DNA of 64,000 bases from an uncultured Verrucomicrobiae bacterium (GCA_963837955.1 CAWIPH010000002.1:3808001-3872000), one strand, 5' to 3'. Positions 10,597 to 20,308 are shown, counted from the stretch's first letter. Numbers and translations are program-made. Notes: a model not told the origin generated them from the sequence alone.

Positions 10597-11571
10597 CTAC
10601 TCACTCACAGCACCGCTTGTCTGCGATTGTCCCTGCACAGAATTCAGCGAGGCCTTTTCCGCGTTGTTGTTGGCGACTTCGTTGGTCAATTCCTTTAGCC
10701 GCGCCAGCGTCTTCGGAGTACTGTTCAGCGTTTCTTGGTCGTCGGCGGATATGACCACGCCATCTTTACGAAGTACTTCTTTGATCTGCACCGAGTAATT
10801 GTAACAGACCGTCAATTGTCGATACGCCTCTTCCAATTTTATTTTGATGGCGGCCGCTTCGGTATTTAACTGAGTCGACTCGTCATTTAGCGTCTGTGAC
10901 CGGCTGTTAATCGCTTGCGCTTTTTGGTCCAGAACGGCCTTTTGAGAATCCAGATCGGCCTTTTCCTGGTTCAACTCGGCCTTCTTCTTATCGAGTTTCG
11001 TCTTCCATTGGTTCAACCGATTCACGTTTGCCTGGCTTCTCTGTTTAGTAGGAAGGTTGTTTGATTGGGCCACCTGAGCCCGTTGATTAGTTACCTCCGA
11101 ATCGTATTGCGCCACTTGCGCGTTATGTGGCGTTAACTTCGCGTTGTAGGCGTTCAAAGCTGAATTATAGGCGTTCAGATCCTGATTGAACTGATCGGCC
11201 GCTTTGTTATGAACGGCGATCTTCTCCTGCGTGCTTTTTAGTTCGTTTTCCTCGCTGGCGGCATCCGCCGCTACACCGGCCAGCGCCAATTGCGCGGTCC
11301 GGTCTGCGCCTTGCCGCGCAGTCGCGTCCACCAAAGAGTTCAGATCGGAAAGGATATACGTGCCGTCGGTAGTGCCGATCGCCTCATCTGCGCGACAGAT
11401 CGAGCAGACACAACCGAGACCCAGCGCTAGAATCAATACTCTCGAAACCCTCGTTACCCGCGTCCGCTCGCGCGTGTCGCGCGGGCTAGAGCGCGATACA
11501 GCCCACAATCTATAGCCACGCGACGATATGGCTTTCATCATTCTCGATCTGCGCACTAAATCTTGATGCAT
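10597..11571 (-). CDS. Hypothetical exported coiled-coil protein (start uncertain)
   Basis: 324-aa ORF with a hydrophobic signal-like segment followed by long Q/N/K/A heptad-rich helices. Confidence 0.65.
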   Translation of the reverse strand: MHQDLVRRSRMMKAISSRGYRLWAVSRSSPRDTRERTRVTRVSRVLILALGLGCVCSICRADEAIGTTDGTYILSDLNSLVDATARQGADRTAQLALAGVAADAASEENELKSTQEKIAVHNKAADQFNQDLNAYNSALNAYNAKLTPHNAQVAQYDSEVTNQRAQVAQSNNLPTKQRSQANVNRLNQWKTKLDKKKAELNQEKADLDSQKAVLDQKAQAINSRSQTLNDESTQLNTEAAAIKIKLEEAYRQLTVCYNYSVQIKEVLRKDGVVISADDQETLNSTPKTLARLKELTNEVANNNAEKASLNSVQGQSQTSGAVSE

Positions 11572-11783
11572 TAACTCCTCAAATAGCCCGATCTACAAGC
11601 GTTTACTTTTGCGGCTGTCGCCGAACGTGCTGCTTAACCCATACCGATAACGGCGGCAGGATTGCTCACGGGGCAGAGCATTTTCGACATGGTCCTTTCC
11701 TGGGCTTCGGCCGCCTATTTTGAAAGCGGTGATATCATGGTTATATAGGAAACGGCCCACTGAATTTTACGGTAGAGGAATCC

Positions 11784-12515
11784 TTGAAATTGAACCCCAC
11801 GCGCCGATCAGAAAGCTGGCAGCACCTGCATCTCAAGAAGCTCGCAGCCCAATGGGCCTACGCCAGCGGATTTCGCTGCATCGGCATTGAAGTGCGTGCT
11901 CCGCGATCGAGGTTCCGCGTCGACGTGGCCGTTTATCGACCTGGCCGGATGAGTGAATCGGGTGAGCCGCTCGTGGCAATTTTTGAGTGCAAACAGAGTC
12001 GGCCGGATCTCTCTCGGGACATCGCTCAATTCGATGCGTTGCAGCGAGAATTGCACGATTTACAGCAGCGACGGGCAAAGCTCGAAGAGCTTCTGCTGGT
12101 GCACCATCCTTACTGTCACCAGGGTGAAAGTCTATTTCCGGAGTGGGAGACGTTCGCCGGTGAATTTCTTGCCCACGATGGCTATCAGCGGCTCGTCGCC
12201 CGGATTATTCGAGTCCAAGGCATGCTTCAGAATTGCACCAAATTCGCGTGGATCGCCCGCCACCGGCTGGCCAATCTCCATTACATGGTCGTTCCGGAAC
12301 GATTAATGACATTCGATGAGTTGCCTCCCGGCTGGGGCTTGTTGGAATCAAACGGCGCGGCGGATCTGAACTTGCGCGAACCGGCCAAATTCATGCGAAT
12401 TCCGAATCACACCTCTTGGCTCGAACGTATTGGCCAATCTGCCACTGTGCGATGGTTGAGACAGGATGGGTTAATTGGAACGCCTGGGCCATTCCAGCCT
12501 ACGCTCAACCTCTGA
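11784..12515 (+). CDS. PD-(D/E)xK nuclease-fold protein, MmcB-like
   Basis: E..RVDV...IFECKQSRPD catalytic signature; C-terminal HYMVVP and ELPPGWGLL. Confidence 0.65.
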   Translation: MKLNPTRRSESWQHLHLKKLAAQWAYASGFRCIGIEVRAPRSRFRVDVAVYRPGRMSESGEPLVAIFECKQSRPDLSRDIAQFDALQRELHDLQQRRAKLEELLLVHHPYCHQGESLFPEWETFAGEFLAHDGYQRLVARIIRVQGMLQNCTKFAWIARHRLANLHYMVVPERLMTFDELPPGWGLLESNGAADLNLREPAKFMRIPNHTSWLERIGQSATVRWLRQDGLIGTPGPFQPTLNL

Positions 12516-12589
12516 AAGGGAGGGCGCGCAGCCTGTCCGACATAGCCCTTTCGAATGCCCGGTGCAGAATGCTTGAGCGCGACGTCGGA

Positions 12590-12825
12590 TCCTCGCGCGC
12601 CGCGGATCGCGAGGATCTGATCCCTTAAAGCCCCGGACGGGGAGGGCGCGCGTCCTCGCGCGCCACGGATCGCGAGGACGCGATTCCTTAAAGCCCGGAC
12701 GGGGAGGGCGCGCGTCCTCGCGCGCCGCGGATCGCGAGGCTGCGATTCCTTAAAGCCCCGGACGGGGAGGGCGCATGTCCTCGCGCGCGGGGCGGATCGC
12801 GGATCGCGGGGACGCGATCCCTCCC
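12590..12825. repeat. Tandem array of GGAG-type REP-like doublets (family B), ~63-bp period
   Basis: TTAAAGCCC(C)GGACGGGGAGGGCGCGCGTCCTCGCGCGCC.. recurs at 12625, 12688 and 12750; lies between convergent genes. Confidence 0.9.
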
Positions 12826-12846
12826 GATCAGGGCACTGCGCAGCGT

Positions 12847-14532
12847 TTAGTCCGTTACCGCGCCTAGCGAGGCCGATTTGACCTGGCCTGCGTATTTAGC
12901 GAGGACGCCTTTGATGTAGCGGGGCTTTGGTTGTTTCCACGCTTTCAACCGCTTGTTGATCTCTGTTTTCGTGAGGGCCAGATTGATAGTCTTCTGGCCA
13001 GCGTCTATTTCGATCGGGTCACCATTCTTAACAATCGCTAACGGCCCCCCAAGATAGGCCTCCGGAGTAATATGGCCGATCACAAACCCGTGGCTGCCAC
13101 CAGAGAAGCGACCATCGGTGATCAGCGCTACGTCTTTGCCCAATCCTTTGCCCATAATCGCAGCCGTTGGCGCCAGCATCTCCCGCATTCCCGGCCCGCC
13201 TTTTGGCCCCTCATAGCGAATTACAATCACGTCCCCTTTTTTGATCTTATCGTCCAGAATAGCGCGAAGCGCTTTTTCTTCCGACTCGAACACGCGCGCT
13301 TTTCCGGCGAACCGAAGCCCCTCTTTGCCTGAGATCTTCGCGACAGCCCCTTCAGGAGCGAGATTACCGTAGAGAATAACCAGGTGACTGTCCGGTTTGA
13401 TCGGATCCTTTAGGCTATGGACGATCGTTTGCTCCTTCGGGTACGGCTTTACCGCGGCAAGGTTCTCTTTCAGTGTTTTCCCGCTAACCGTCAGGCAATC
13501 GCCGTGGAGCAGGCCTTCATCGAGCAAAGTCTTCATGAGCGGCACAATCCCGCCGATCTGGATCAATTCTGCCATGAGATGTTTGCCGCTCGGCTTAAGA
13601 TCGGCCAGGACCGGCACCCGCTTCCCGACTCGAGTCCAGTCGTCGAGTTTCAGTTTGACACCCGCGGCATGTGCCATTGCTAACAAATGCAGGACCGCAT
13701 TGGTTGAACCACCGAGCGCGATAACCACAGTCATCGCGTTTTGAAATGCTTCTTTGGACAGAATATCAGAGGGACGAATACCTCGCTTGATTAGCTGGAC
13801 GACGGCCGCGCCGGCCGCTCGACAATCCGCTAATTTTTCTCCAGAAACAGCGGTTTGAGCCGAACTGTTGGGTAAACTCATACCCAGGGCTTCGATAGCG
13901 GAGGCCATGGTGTTTGCCGTATACATACCACCGCACGAGCCCGGTCCAGGAATGGCGCAAGATTCGACCTGTTCTAATTCCGCGTCGGTTATCTTTCCGT
14001 TGGAATGCGCCCCGATTGCTTCAAAGATTGAAACGAGATCGACGAGACGATGGTTTAAGCACCCGGGCAGGATTGTTCCTCCGTAGACGAAGATGGAAGG
14101 GCGATTTAATCGAGCCAGCGCGATAAGACACCCTGGCATGTTTTTATCACAACCCCCGATCGCAACCACTCCGTCAAAGCCCTCGCAGCCGGTTACGGTC
14201 TCAATCGAGTCGGCGATTATCTCGCGCGAAACCAACGAATATTTCATGCCCTCTGTCCCCATCGAGATGCCGTCGGAAATGGTGATGGTATTGAAGATTA
14301 GCGACTTCGCATCGGCGGAATCGGCTCCGGCCGCCGCTTCCCGGGCGAGCTGATCAATATGTACGTTGCAGGGAGTTACCTGACTCCAAGTCGATGCTAT
14401 TCCGACGATTGGTTTCTTGAAGTCCTCTTTCTTGAAGCCAACCGCATAGAGCATTCCTCGGCTAAAGGCGCGTTCTGGACCATCAACTACTTCTGCAGAA
14501 AATTGACGCGGATCAGGAGGGCTCATTTTCAT
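12847..14532 (-). CDS. ilvD: Dihydroxy-acid dehydratase
   Basis: [51 protein letters not shown]. Confidence 0.97.
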   Translation of the reverse strand: MKMSPPDPRQFSAEVVDGPERAFSRGMLYAVGFKKEDFKKPIVGIASTWSQVTPCNVHIDQLAREAAAGADSADAKSLIFNTITISDGISMGTEGMKYSLVSREIIADSIETVTGCEGFDGVVAIGGCDKNMPGCLIALARLNRPSIFVYGGTILPGCLNHRLVDLVSIFEAIGAHSNGKITDAELEQVESCAIPGPGSCGGMYTANTMASAIEALGMSLPNSSAQTAVSGEKLADCRAAGAAVVQLIKRGIRPSDILSKEAFQNAMTVVIALGGSTNAVLHLLAMAHAAGVKLKLDDWTRVGKRVPVLADLKPSGKHLMAELIQIGGIVPLMKTLLDEGLLHGDCLTVSGKTLKENLAAVKPYPKEQTIVHSLKDPIKPDSHLVILYGNLAPEGAVAKISGKEGLRFAGKARVFESEEKALRAILDDKIKKGDVIVIRYEGPKGGPGMREMLAPTAAIMGKGLGKDVALITDGRFSGGSHGFVIGHITPEAYLGGPLAIVKNGDPIEIDAGQKTINLALTKTEINKRLKAWKQPKPRYIKGVLAKYAGQVKSASLGAVTD

Positions 14533-14602
14533 CTGTTAATCCTGTAGCCTGGAAAATAGCCAATAGCCAAAAAAACTACAAACCGCTAGGGAACGCGGAC
14601 AA

Positions 14603-14665
14603 CGCCGGCTTGTCCGACGAAGCCTGCCGGAGTTTCAGACGACGGAGCGAAGTTGGAGAGCGCCG
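14603..14665. repeat. 63-bp repeat, left arm of an inverted pair
   Basis: Reverse complement of 15873-15935 with 3 mismatches. Confidence 0.9.
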
Positions 14666-14671
14666 AGGAGG

Positions 14672-14760
14672 GTAATCAGTAATCAGTAATCAGTAATCAG
14701 TAATCAGTAATCAGTAATCAGTAATCAGTGATCAGTGATCAGTGATCGGTGATCGGTGAT
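14672..14760. repeat. Heptamer microsatellite (GTAATCA)8(GTGATCA)2(GTGATCG)2
   Basis: Read directly from the sequence. Confidence 0.97.
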
Positions 14761-14822
14761 TGATAGTTGCCAACATGCTCATAGTTCCCGGCGTTCCCGT
14801 GCGATCCCGTGCGATCCCGGCG

Positions 14823-14921
14823 CTCTCGGCGTTCTCGGCGCTCTCGGCGTTCTCGGCGCTCTCGGCGTTCTCGGCGCTCTCGGCGCTCTCGGCGTTCTCG
14901 GCGTTCTCGGCGCTCTCGGCG
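14823..14921. repeat. Nonamer microsatellite (YTCTCGGCG)11
   Basis: Read directly from the sequence. Confidence 0.97.
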
Positions 14922-14945
14922 TTCCCCCGCTTCAACCGGTCCGCG

Positions 14946-15584
14946 TTAGATTTTCCATTCGGCCAAAGCCTGTTGAGCAAAGGAAGCTAGCTCTTCCACC
15001 GCATTGATCGCGTCGATTCTCTCGGCTTGATCGATCCGCAAGCGCAGCGTTCCTTGACCCCGAATGACCAGCAGATTTTCGAGTATTGCCGCCGGTAGTC
15101 TCCGCAGTTGATTGGCTAAATCTGCGGGAAACTCTTCCCGAGCCAATGGTCGCGAAGAAGAAAGCAGGTATTCGTGATCGAATTCTGGAATCCCAGTCAA
15201 TTGGACACGCGCATGTAACCAATCTGCTAACCAGTCGGGTTGTGCTTTCCCGGTGAACATCGCGGCCAACAATTTCATCGAATCTTTTCCCTGGCGTTCG
15301 CGGCGAGAGATGAAACACCAGCCATCGAACTTCCGTTGATCTGGAAAGACCAATTCGAAATAAGGGGGAGACTCACGAGCATTCCATTCCGCGCTCCAGT
15401 GGAGACCGGCCCGGTTCGCTTCGATCTTGTACCACAATCCAGCGCGATCCTCTTCGAAGCTCCAGTGCTTCCGTCGGGCATAGAGGCGAAGACGAGAATC
15501 GGGCAAATGTGTAACGAACCAAACCCGCCAAAGAAATAGAGCGAGTATTCCACCGGCTAATACGACCACCAAAATGTTGCTCAC
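14946..15584 (-). CDS. Hypothetical protein with N-terminal membrane anchor
   Basis: 212-aa ORF with one N-terminal TM helix and protein-like composition. Confidence 0.65.
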   Translation of the reverse strand: MSNILVVVLAGGILALFLWRVWFVTHLPDSRLRLYARRKHWSFEEDRAGLWYKIEANRAGLHWSAEWNARESPPYFELVFPDQRKFDGWCFISRRERQGKDSMKLLAAMFTGKAQPDWLADWLHARVQLTGIPEFDHEYLLSSSRPLAREEFPADLANQLRRLPAAILENLLVIRGQGTLRLRIDQAERIDAINAVEELASFAQQALAEWKI

Positions 15585-15723
15585 CGCGTCCTACTCAATA
15601 TTCCGAAACAACACCCCGCAATGCGACTTTTGCAACATTTCAGTCACAAAAGGAGAGCCGGGAGCACCGGGAGGAGGTGAAAAGTGAGAGGTGACTCGTG
15701 AAAGGAGAGAGAACGCCGAGGGG

Positions 15724-15935
15724 GGTAATCAGTAATCAGTTGATAGTTGCCAACATGTCATAGCGAAGGCGCTCGAAATCGTTCCCGTGCGTTCCCGTGC
15801 GTTCCCGGCGTTCCCGTGCGTTCCCGTGCGTTCCCGGCGTTCCCGTGCGTTCCCGTGCGTTCCCGGCGTTCCCGGCGTTCTCCAACTTCGCTCCGTCGTT
15901 TGAAACTCCGGAAGGCTTCGTCGGACAAGCCGGCG
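15724..15935. repeat. Second repeat cluster: short GTAATCA run, TGATAGTTGCCAACATG, GTTCCCGTGC/GTTCCCGGC array, right inverted arm
   Basis: Direct similarity to 14670-14820 and an inverted match to 14603-14665. Confidence 0.9.
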
Positions 15936-16001
15936 ATTCCAGTTTAATGTCATTTGCTATTGGCTCTCTTCCCCGGCTGATGCTAGTAACCGCAATATAC
16001 G

Positions 16002-16556
16002 GTGGGCAAGAAGATAGACCTGCAAGCGATCGTTACAGATCATTACGCCGCTCTTTATCGATTTGGTTTGGCCTTGGCAAAAAATGAAGCTGAAGCCTCC
16101 GACCTGACGCAGGAAACTTTCCTTATCCTGGCAAAATACCAGGAACAAATTCGAGAACCTGAAAGGATAAAATCCTGGCTTTTTACTACGCTCCGCCGGG
16201 AATTCCTGCGGAAGGTTCGCGCCCACGTCGCCCATCCCGAAGTGGAGTTTGAATCGGAACACCATGAAATCCCGGCCCTTGAATCTGACGCACTTCGCTC
16301 CGCCGACGGCAGAAGCGCATTAGCTGCGCTTGAGATGGTCGAGGAAAGTTATCGGTCAGCTCTGGAATTATTTTACCTAGGCGACCTCTCCTATAAAGAG
16401 ATTTCGACAACCTTGGGCGTTCCGATCGGCACGGTAATGTCGCGGCTTTCCCGAGGAAAGGAACAATTGAGGCGAGCATTAGCCATAACCTTAGAGAACG
16501 ATACCAGCAAGATCGTCCCACTTCCTAGAAGGCCAGAGCCCGGAGGGTTGAAATGA
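16002..16556 (+). CDS. ECF-type RNA polymerase sigma factor
   Basis: DLTQETF, KSWLFT, LSYKEIS..LGVPIGTVMSRLSRG. Confidence 0.93.
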   Translation: MGKKIDLQAIVTDHYAALYRFGLALAKNEAEASDLTQETFLILAKYQEQIREPERIKSWLFTTLRREFLRKVRAHVAHPEVEFESEHHEIPALESDALRSADGRSALAALEMVEESYRSALELFYLGDLSYKEISTTLGVPIGTVMSRLSRGKEQLRRALAITLENDTSKIVPLPRRPEPGGLK

Positions 16557-17302
16557 CCAGAGAAGAGGCCAAAGTAACTCTGAGCGCGTTCCGAGCTCAT
16601 GGTTCTGATGAATCCGATCCGGCTCTTCGCGAAGCGCTGGAACTTGCCCGCGAAGACTCTGAACTCGCCGGTTGGTTCTCCAACCAACGCGAATTTGACG
16701 CGATCCTGATAGAAAAATTCTCGTCGATCCGCCCGCCGGAAGGATTGAAAGAGAATATTCTCGCGTCGCTCGAGGAGAAAGAGCGCCCGATACATTTCTC
16801 TAGGACGGGTTGGCTCGCGCTCGCTGCGACAGTCGCCATCGCCGCTCTCGTTTTGAGCAATCAAGCTGGTCTTTTCCGGAATCAATCTCAGCCGTTCGAC
16901 AAATTCTGCTCCGATGCTCTGGCGATGGTATCAGTCAAACCTGCGCCCAAACTCGACCTGGAAACAGCGAGCCTCAGTTCGGCCGAAACATTCATTGACG
17001 AACATCAGGCGCCGCGGCTGGAGCAATTCCCCCAAAAGTTGCGAGACATGGCCACCGCTGGCTGCCGCGTTTTTCTCTGGCAACAGCATCCAGCTTCTCT
17101 CACCTGTTTCCGTCTCCCATCGGGTAATCTACTGCACCTAGTTGTTATTCGGAAGGACGCGATCGGCGGTTCGAACATGCCTTCCGGACCCTACACGGAA
17201 AATGGATGGCATCTGATGTTCCAGAAAAAGGATGGCTTGATTCTGATGTGGGCCAGCCAGGCGCCGATGGAGGAGTTGAAACAGCTGGTCATTGAGACCT
17301 AG
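16553..17302 (+). CDS. Putative transmembrane anti-sigma factor
   Basis: ATGA overlap with the ECF sigma; PPEGLKENIL motif, one TM helix, extracytoplasmic domain with cysteines. Confidence 0.72.
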   Translation: MTREEAKVTLSAFRAHGSDESDPALREALELAREDSELAGWFSNQREFDAILIEKFSSIRPPEGLKENILASLEEKERPIHFSRTGWLALAATVAIAALVLSNQAGLFRNQSQPFDKFCSDALAMVSVKPAPKLDLETASLSSAETFIDEHQAPRLEQFPQKLRDMATAGCRVFLWQQHPASLTCFRLPSGNLLHLVVIRKDAIGGSNMPSGPYTENGWHLMFQKKDGLILMWASQAPMEELKQLVIET

Positions 17303-17373
17303 GGAGCAAATAGCAAATACCGGATTGCCAAAATCGGCTATCAGCTATTGGCTATTAGTCATCTTCCTCCCGT

Positions 17374-17880
17374 ATGCCTGAACCTCGCGCGATTATCCTC
17401 ATGGGAGTTGCTGGCTCCGGAAAAACCGCTGTCGGTTCTCGAGTGGCAAAACGGCTCGGCTGGCTATTCCTGGACGCGGACGATTTTCATCCGCCGGCTA
17501 ATGTCGAAAAAATGAAACGCGGTATTCCCTTGGACGACAACGATCGGGCTCCCTGGTTAGAGCGTATGAATTCCGAACTGCGCCGGCAGATCGCTGAGGG
17601 ACGCTCGGTCATGCTAGCATGTTCAGCACTAAAGGACGCGTACCGTGACAAGCTCAGGGATCATCTGCCTGAGGCGCGATTTGTCTTCCTCGACGTCGAC
17701 CGGAGCACGCTATTGGAACGGTTGCAGAAACGTCAGGCTCACTTTTTTCCAAAGGAATTATTAGATAGTCAGCTCGCGACTTTGGAACGGCCTCATGATG
17801 CCTTTGTCGTGGATGCCAATCGGCCGATCGACGAAGTCGTTGATTCGATTGTGAAAGCGGTTCTGGAAGGGAAAATTTAG
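17374..17880 (+). CDS. gntK: Gluconokinase
   Basis: MGVAGSGKT, DADDFHPPANVEKM, PLDDNDRAPWL, LACSALK, SQLATLE. Confidence 0.95.
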   Translation: MPEPRAIILMGVAGSGKTAVGSRVAKRLGWLFLDADDFHPPANVEKMKRGIPLDDNDRAPWLERMNSELRRQIAEGRSVMLACSALKDAYRDKLRDHLPEARFVFLDVDRSTLLERLQKRQAHFFPKELLDSQLATLERPHDAFVVDANRPIDEVVDSIVKAVLEGKI

Positions 17881-17939
17881 ACGAAGTCGGGTTTCGCCCT
17901 ACCATCCAATTCAATTCCTTTGATTATCTTTACCCCAGG

Positions 17940-18123
17940 ATGCCCCCGGAACTTCAACCCATCCTCGCTGCCGTCCTATCCGTCGTCGCGCTTATCCTGC
18001 TCGTCACCCGCTTCCGGGTTCACCCGTTTCTTGGTCTGCTGGTCGCCTCGCTGATGCTCGGCTTCCTCGCCGGCCTGGTGCCCGCGGACATCATTAAGAA
18101 TTTTGGCAAAGGATTTGGTGATG
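17940..18123 (+). pseudogene. gntP: GntP-family gluconate permease, N-terminal remnant
   Basis: LILLVTRFRVHPFLGLL...GKGFG matches the GntP N-terminus. Similarity ends at the repeat element at 18124, and there is no room for the remaining ~380 aa. Confidence 0.8.
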
Positions 18124-18410
18124 ACGCCGAAGGCGTAAGAGGACTCAGCCCAGGGTGGAGGCTTTGCGGAACCCTGGGTATCTGTAACAAAATGTGCTCA
18201 GCTCTGAAGGAGCGAAACAATCGGTCCAACACTCTTTTTCAGGGAAGACCGCTAGGGACTACAAAAACACATTCAGCAGTACGAGGGCGATAGTCTGCGA
18301 ACTGGGGTTGATCTCCTCCGCTCCTTCAGAGCTGTCCGCATATTAATATTGAATACCCAGGGTTCCGCAAAGCCTCCACCCTGGGCTAAGTTCTCTTACG
18401 CCTTCGGCGT
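18124..18410. repeat. Inverted-repeat doublet, family A, copy 2
   Basis: ACGCCGAAGGCGT...GCTCTGAAGGAGCG (18124-18214) inverted at 18319-18410; homologous to 3884-4212. Confidence 0.9.
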
Positions 18411-18505
18411 ACACCTTTGGCCAACCTTGTCGTCACTCCCGAACGGCGAGCCCCTATCCTTGAGCGTGATCTATGAGAGGCTTGCGCGGACAAGCTCCCT
18501 CAGCC

Positions 18506-19204
18506 TCACGCTCCGCCCTTCAGCTTCACGATGATCTCGTTGTTTTCGACTTTGATAGACTCGATTCGATGAGCGAACTGGCTTGCTTCCGGCAGCCGCG
18601 TTTCGACTGCTTTGTTCATACCCTCGGTCAACGTCTCTTTATAACTTTGACCCGTGAGAAGCCAGGGAAGCCGCTTTCCGTTACCTTCGACGTCAAGGTT
18701 CTGGATCTTTAAGTCTCCGTTTTCGATCGTTAGGCGGGCCGCTATCTTGCCGTTGAAATAGCGACTGCGGATAGACGGTAGCAACGGCACGTCCACCATG
18801 AACGAAAGCGGCACACTCAGATCGGCAACTAACCAATCCGCCTCTGTTCGAAACCGAAAGTGATCGGCAAAATCAGCGTTCCGTCCGTCAGCAAAAAACC
18901 AGGCATTCAAATCGTTTGGAGAAAAACGAACTTCTGTTCCCTCTCCTCGCATCATCGCTTCTTGGGCGGCTTCGAGCTTGAGGCGGAAGGCCTTTTCGTC
19001 AGCCAAACTGGGCACTGGTTCGAACGTCCGAGGGGAAGGCGACGTCATCTGGTAAGCGCCTTGATAGGTTGAGATCGCGCCCCAGGCGATTGCGACAATG
19101 ACTACAAACCCGGCAACCAACAGGACCAAACAGCCTCCATTGCACGAACCGTTTTCCCGCCAGCGCTTCTCAAGACCGACGCGCGGTCTTGGTATTTTCC
19201 ACAT
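18506..19204 (-). CDS. Hypothetical single-TM membrane protein
   Basis: ATG 2 nt after the rfbB stop; GCLVLLVAGFVVIVAIAW TM segment. Confidence 0.7.
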   Translation of the reverse strand: MWKIPRPRVGLEKRWRENGSCNGGCLVLLVAGFVVIVAIAWGAISTYQGAYQMTSPSPRTFEPVPSLADEKAFRLKLEAAQEAMMRGEGTEVRFSPNDLNAWFFADGRNADFADHFRFRTEADWLVADLSVPLSFMVDVPLLPSIRSRYFNGKIAARLTIENGDLKIQNLDVEGNGKRLPWLLTGQSYKETLTEGMNKAVETRLPEASQFAHRIESIKVENNEIIVKLKGGA

Positions 19205-19206
19205 GT

Positions 19207-20211
19207 TCAAAGCTCTCTGTCTTGGCTTGTGCTTCGCGGTTGAAGCAGATCGCGCCACCAAGGTTCATTCTTTCGATACCAGTTGATGGTCGCTCGCAGG
19301 CCGGCTTCGAAATCGTGGAGCGGTTTCCACCCGATCTCCTGGCGGATCTTGGTAGAATCGAGCGAATATCTTCGATCGTGAGCGGGACGATCCGCTACGA
19401 AGCGGATCTGGTCTTCGGCTTTACCCAGGTATTGCAAAATCTTTTTTGCGATATTCAGGTTCTGCTGTTCGGTCCCACCAGTCACGTTATAGATCTCACC
19501 TGCCCGACCCTCCATTAATACATCGAAAACTGCGGCACAATGGTCTTCCACATGGATCCAGTCTCGGACATGTAAGCCATCTCCATAGATCGGCAACGGC
19601 TCGTCCAACAATGCGCGCAGGATCAACAACGGAACAAGTTTCTCCGGGTACTGGTAAGGACCGTAGTTGTTCGAACCTCGGGTGATTACCACATCCTGGC
19701 CATAGGTTTTGTGGTAGGCCAGTGCGAGGAGATCCGCCGCCGCCTTACTAGCGGAGTAAGGCGAACTCGGATTCAGCGGACCCGCCTCCGTAAACGGAAC
19801 GGTCGACTGATTGGATCCGTAAACTTCGTCGGTGGAGACCTGAACGAGACGTTTCACACCGTAATCCCGTGCAGCTTCGAGTAAGACAGTGGTTCCTACT
19901 ACATTGCTGTGTATGAAATCAGCCGGCGAAACAATGCTTCGGTCCACATGACTCTCGGCGGCAAAATTGATCACTGCATAGTAACTATGCCTCGACAGGA
20001 TTTCTCGGATCGTTTTCCGATCAGCAATATCGGCCCGGATAAATTCGTAGCGGTCGCCAAAACGGACCGGGAAATCCGCCGTGGTAACGAGGGAACCCGC
20101 ATAGGTCAAAAGGTCGACATTCGTAATGCTTTCAGGTTGATAATGTTCCAGCACGTAGCGGATGAAGTTACTGCCGATAAATCCGCATCCTCCCGTAACA
20201 AGCAATCTCAT
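19207..20211 (-). CDS. rfbB: dTDP-glucose 4,6-dehydratase
   Basis: VTGGCGFIGSNF, FAAESHVDRSI, STDEVYG, YSASK, RDWIHVEDH. Confidence 0.95.
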   Translation of the reverse strand: MRLLVTGGCGFIGSNFIRYVLEHYQPESITNVDLLTYAGSLVTTADFPVRFGDRYEFIRADIADRKTIREILSRHSYYAVINFAAESHVDRSIVSPADFIHSNVVGTTVLLEAARDYGVKRLVQVSTDEVYGSNQSTVPFTEAGPLNPSSPYSASKAAADLLALAYHKTYGQDVVITRGSNNYGPYQYPEKLVPLLILRALLDEPLPIYGDGLHVRDWIHVEDHCAAVFDVLMEGRAGEIYNVTGGTEQQNLNIAKKILQYLGKAEDQIRFVADRPAHDRRYSLDSTKIRQEIGWKPLHDFEAGLRATINWYRKNEPWWRDLLQPRSTSQDREL

Positions 20212-20308
20212 CCCTCGGCTCTTAGCATAGCCGAAAGCGGATAGCCAATAGCCTATTACTTGCGAACTTTGGCTATTGGCTATTGGCTATCGGTCATCTT
20301 CTCCTGTT

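Noticed and set aside
11572..11783. LexA box upstream of the MmcB-like gene
   Set aside because: No TGTTC-N4-GAACA, CTGT-N8-ACAG or GAAC-N4-GTTC motif found by eye.
12590..12825. CRISPR array (63-bp period)
   Set aside because: The whole unit repeats with no unique spacers and matches dispersed REP-like doublets.
14732..15007. ORFs with AES/AEN or ALS/AFS repeats (similar cases at 15729-15953 and 9542-9814)
   Set aside because: These are translations of non-coding microsatellites or repeats, open in several frames only because the repeat unit lacks stops.
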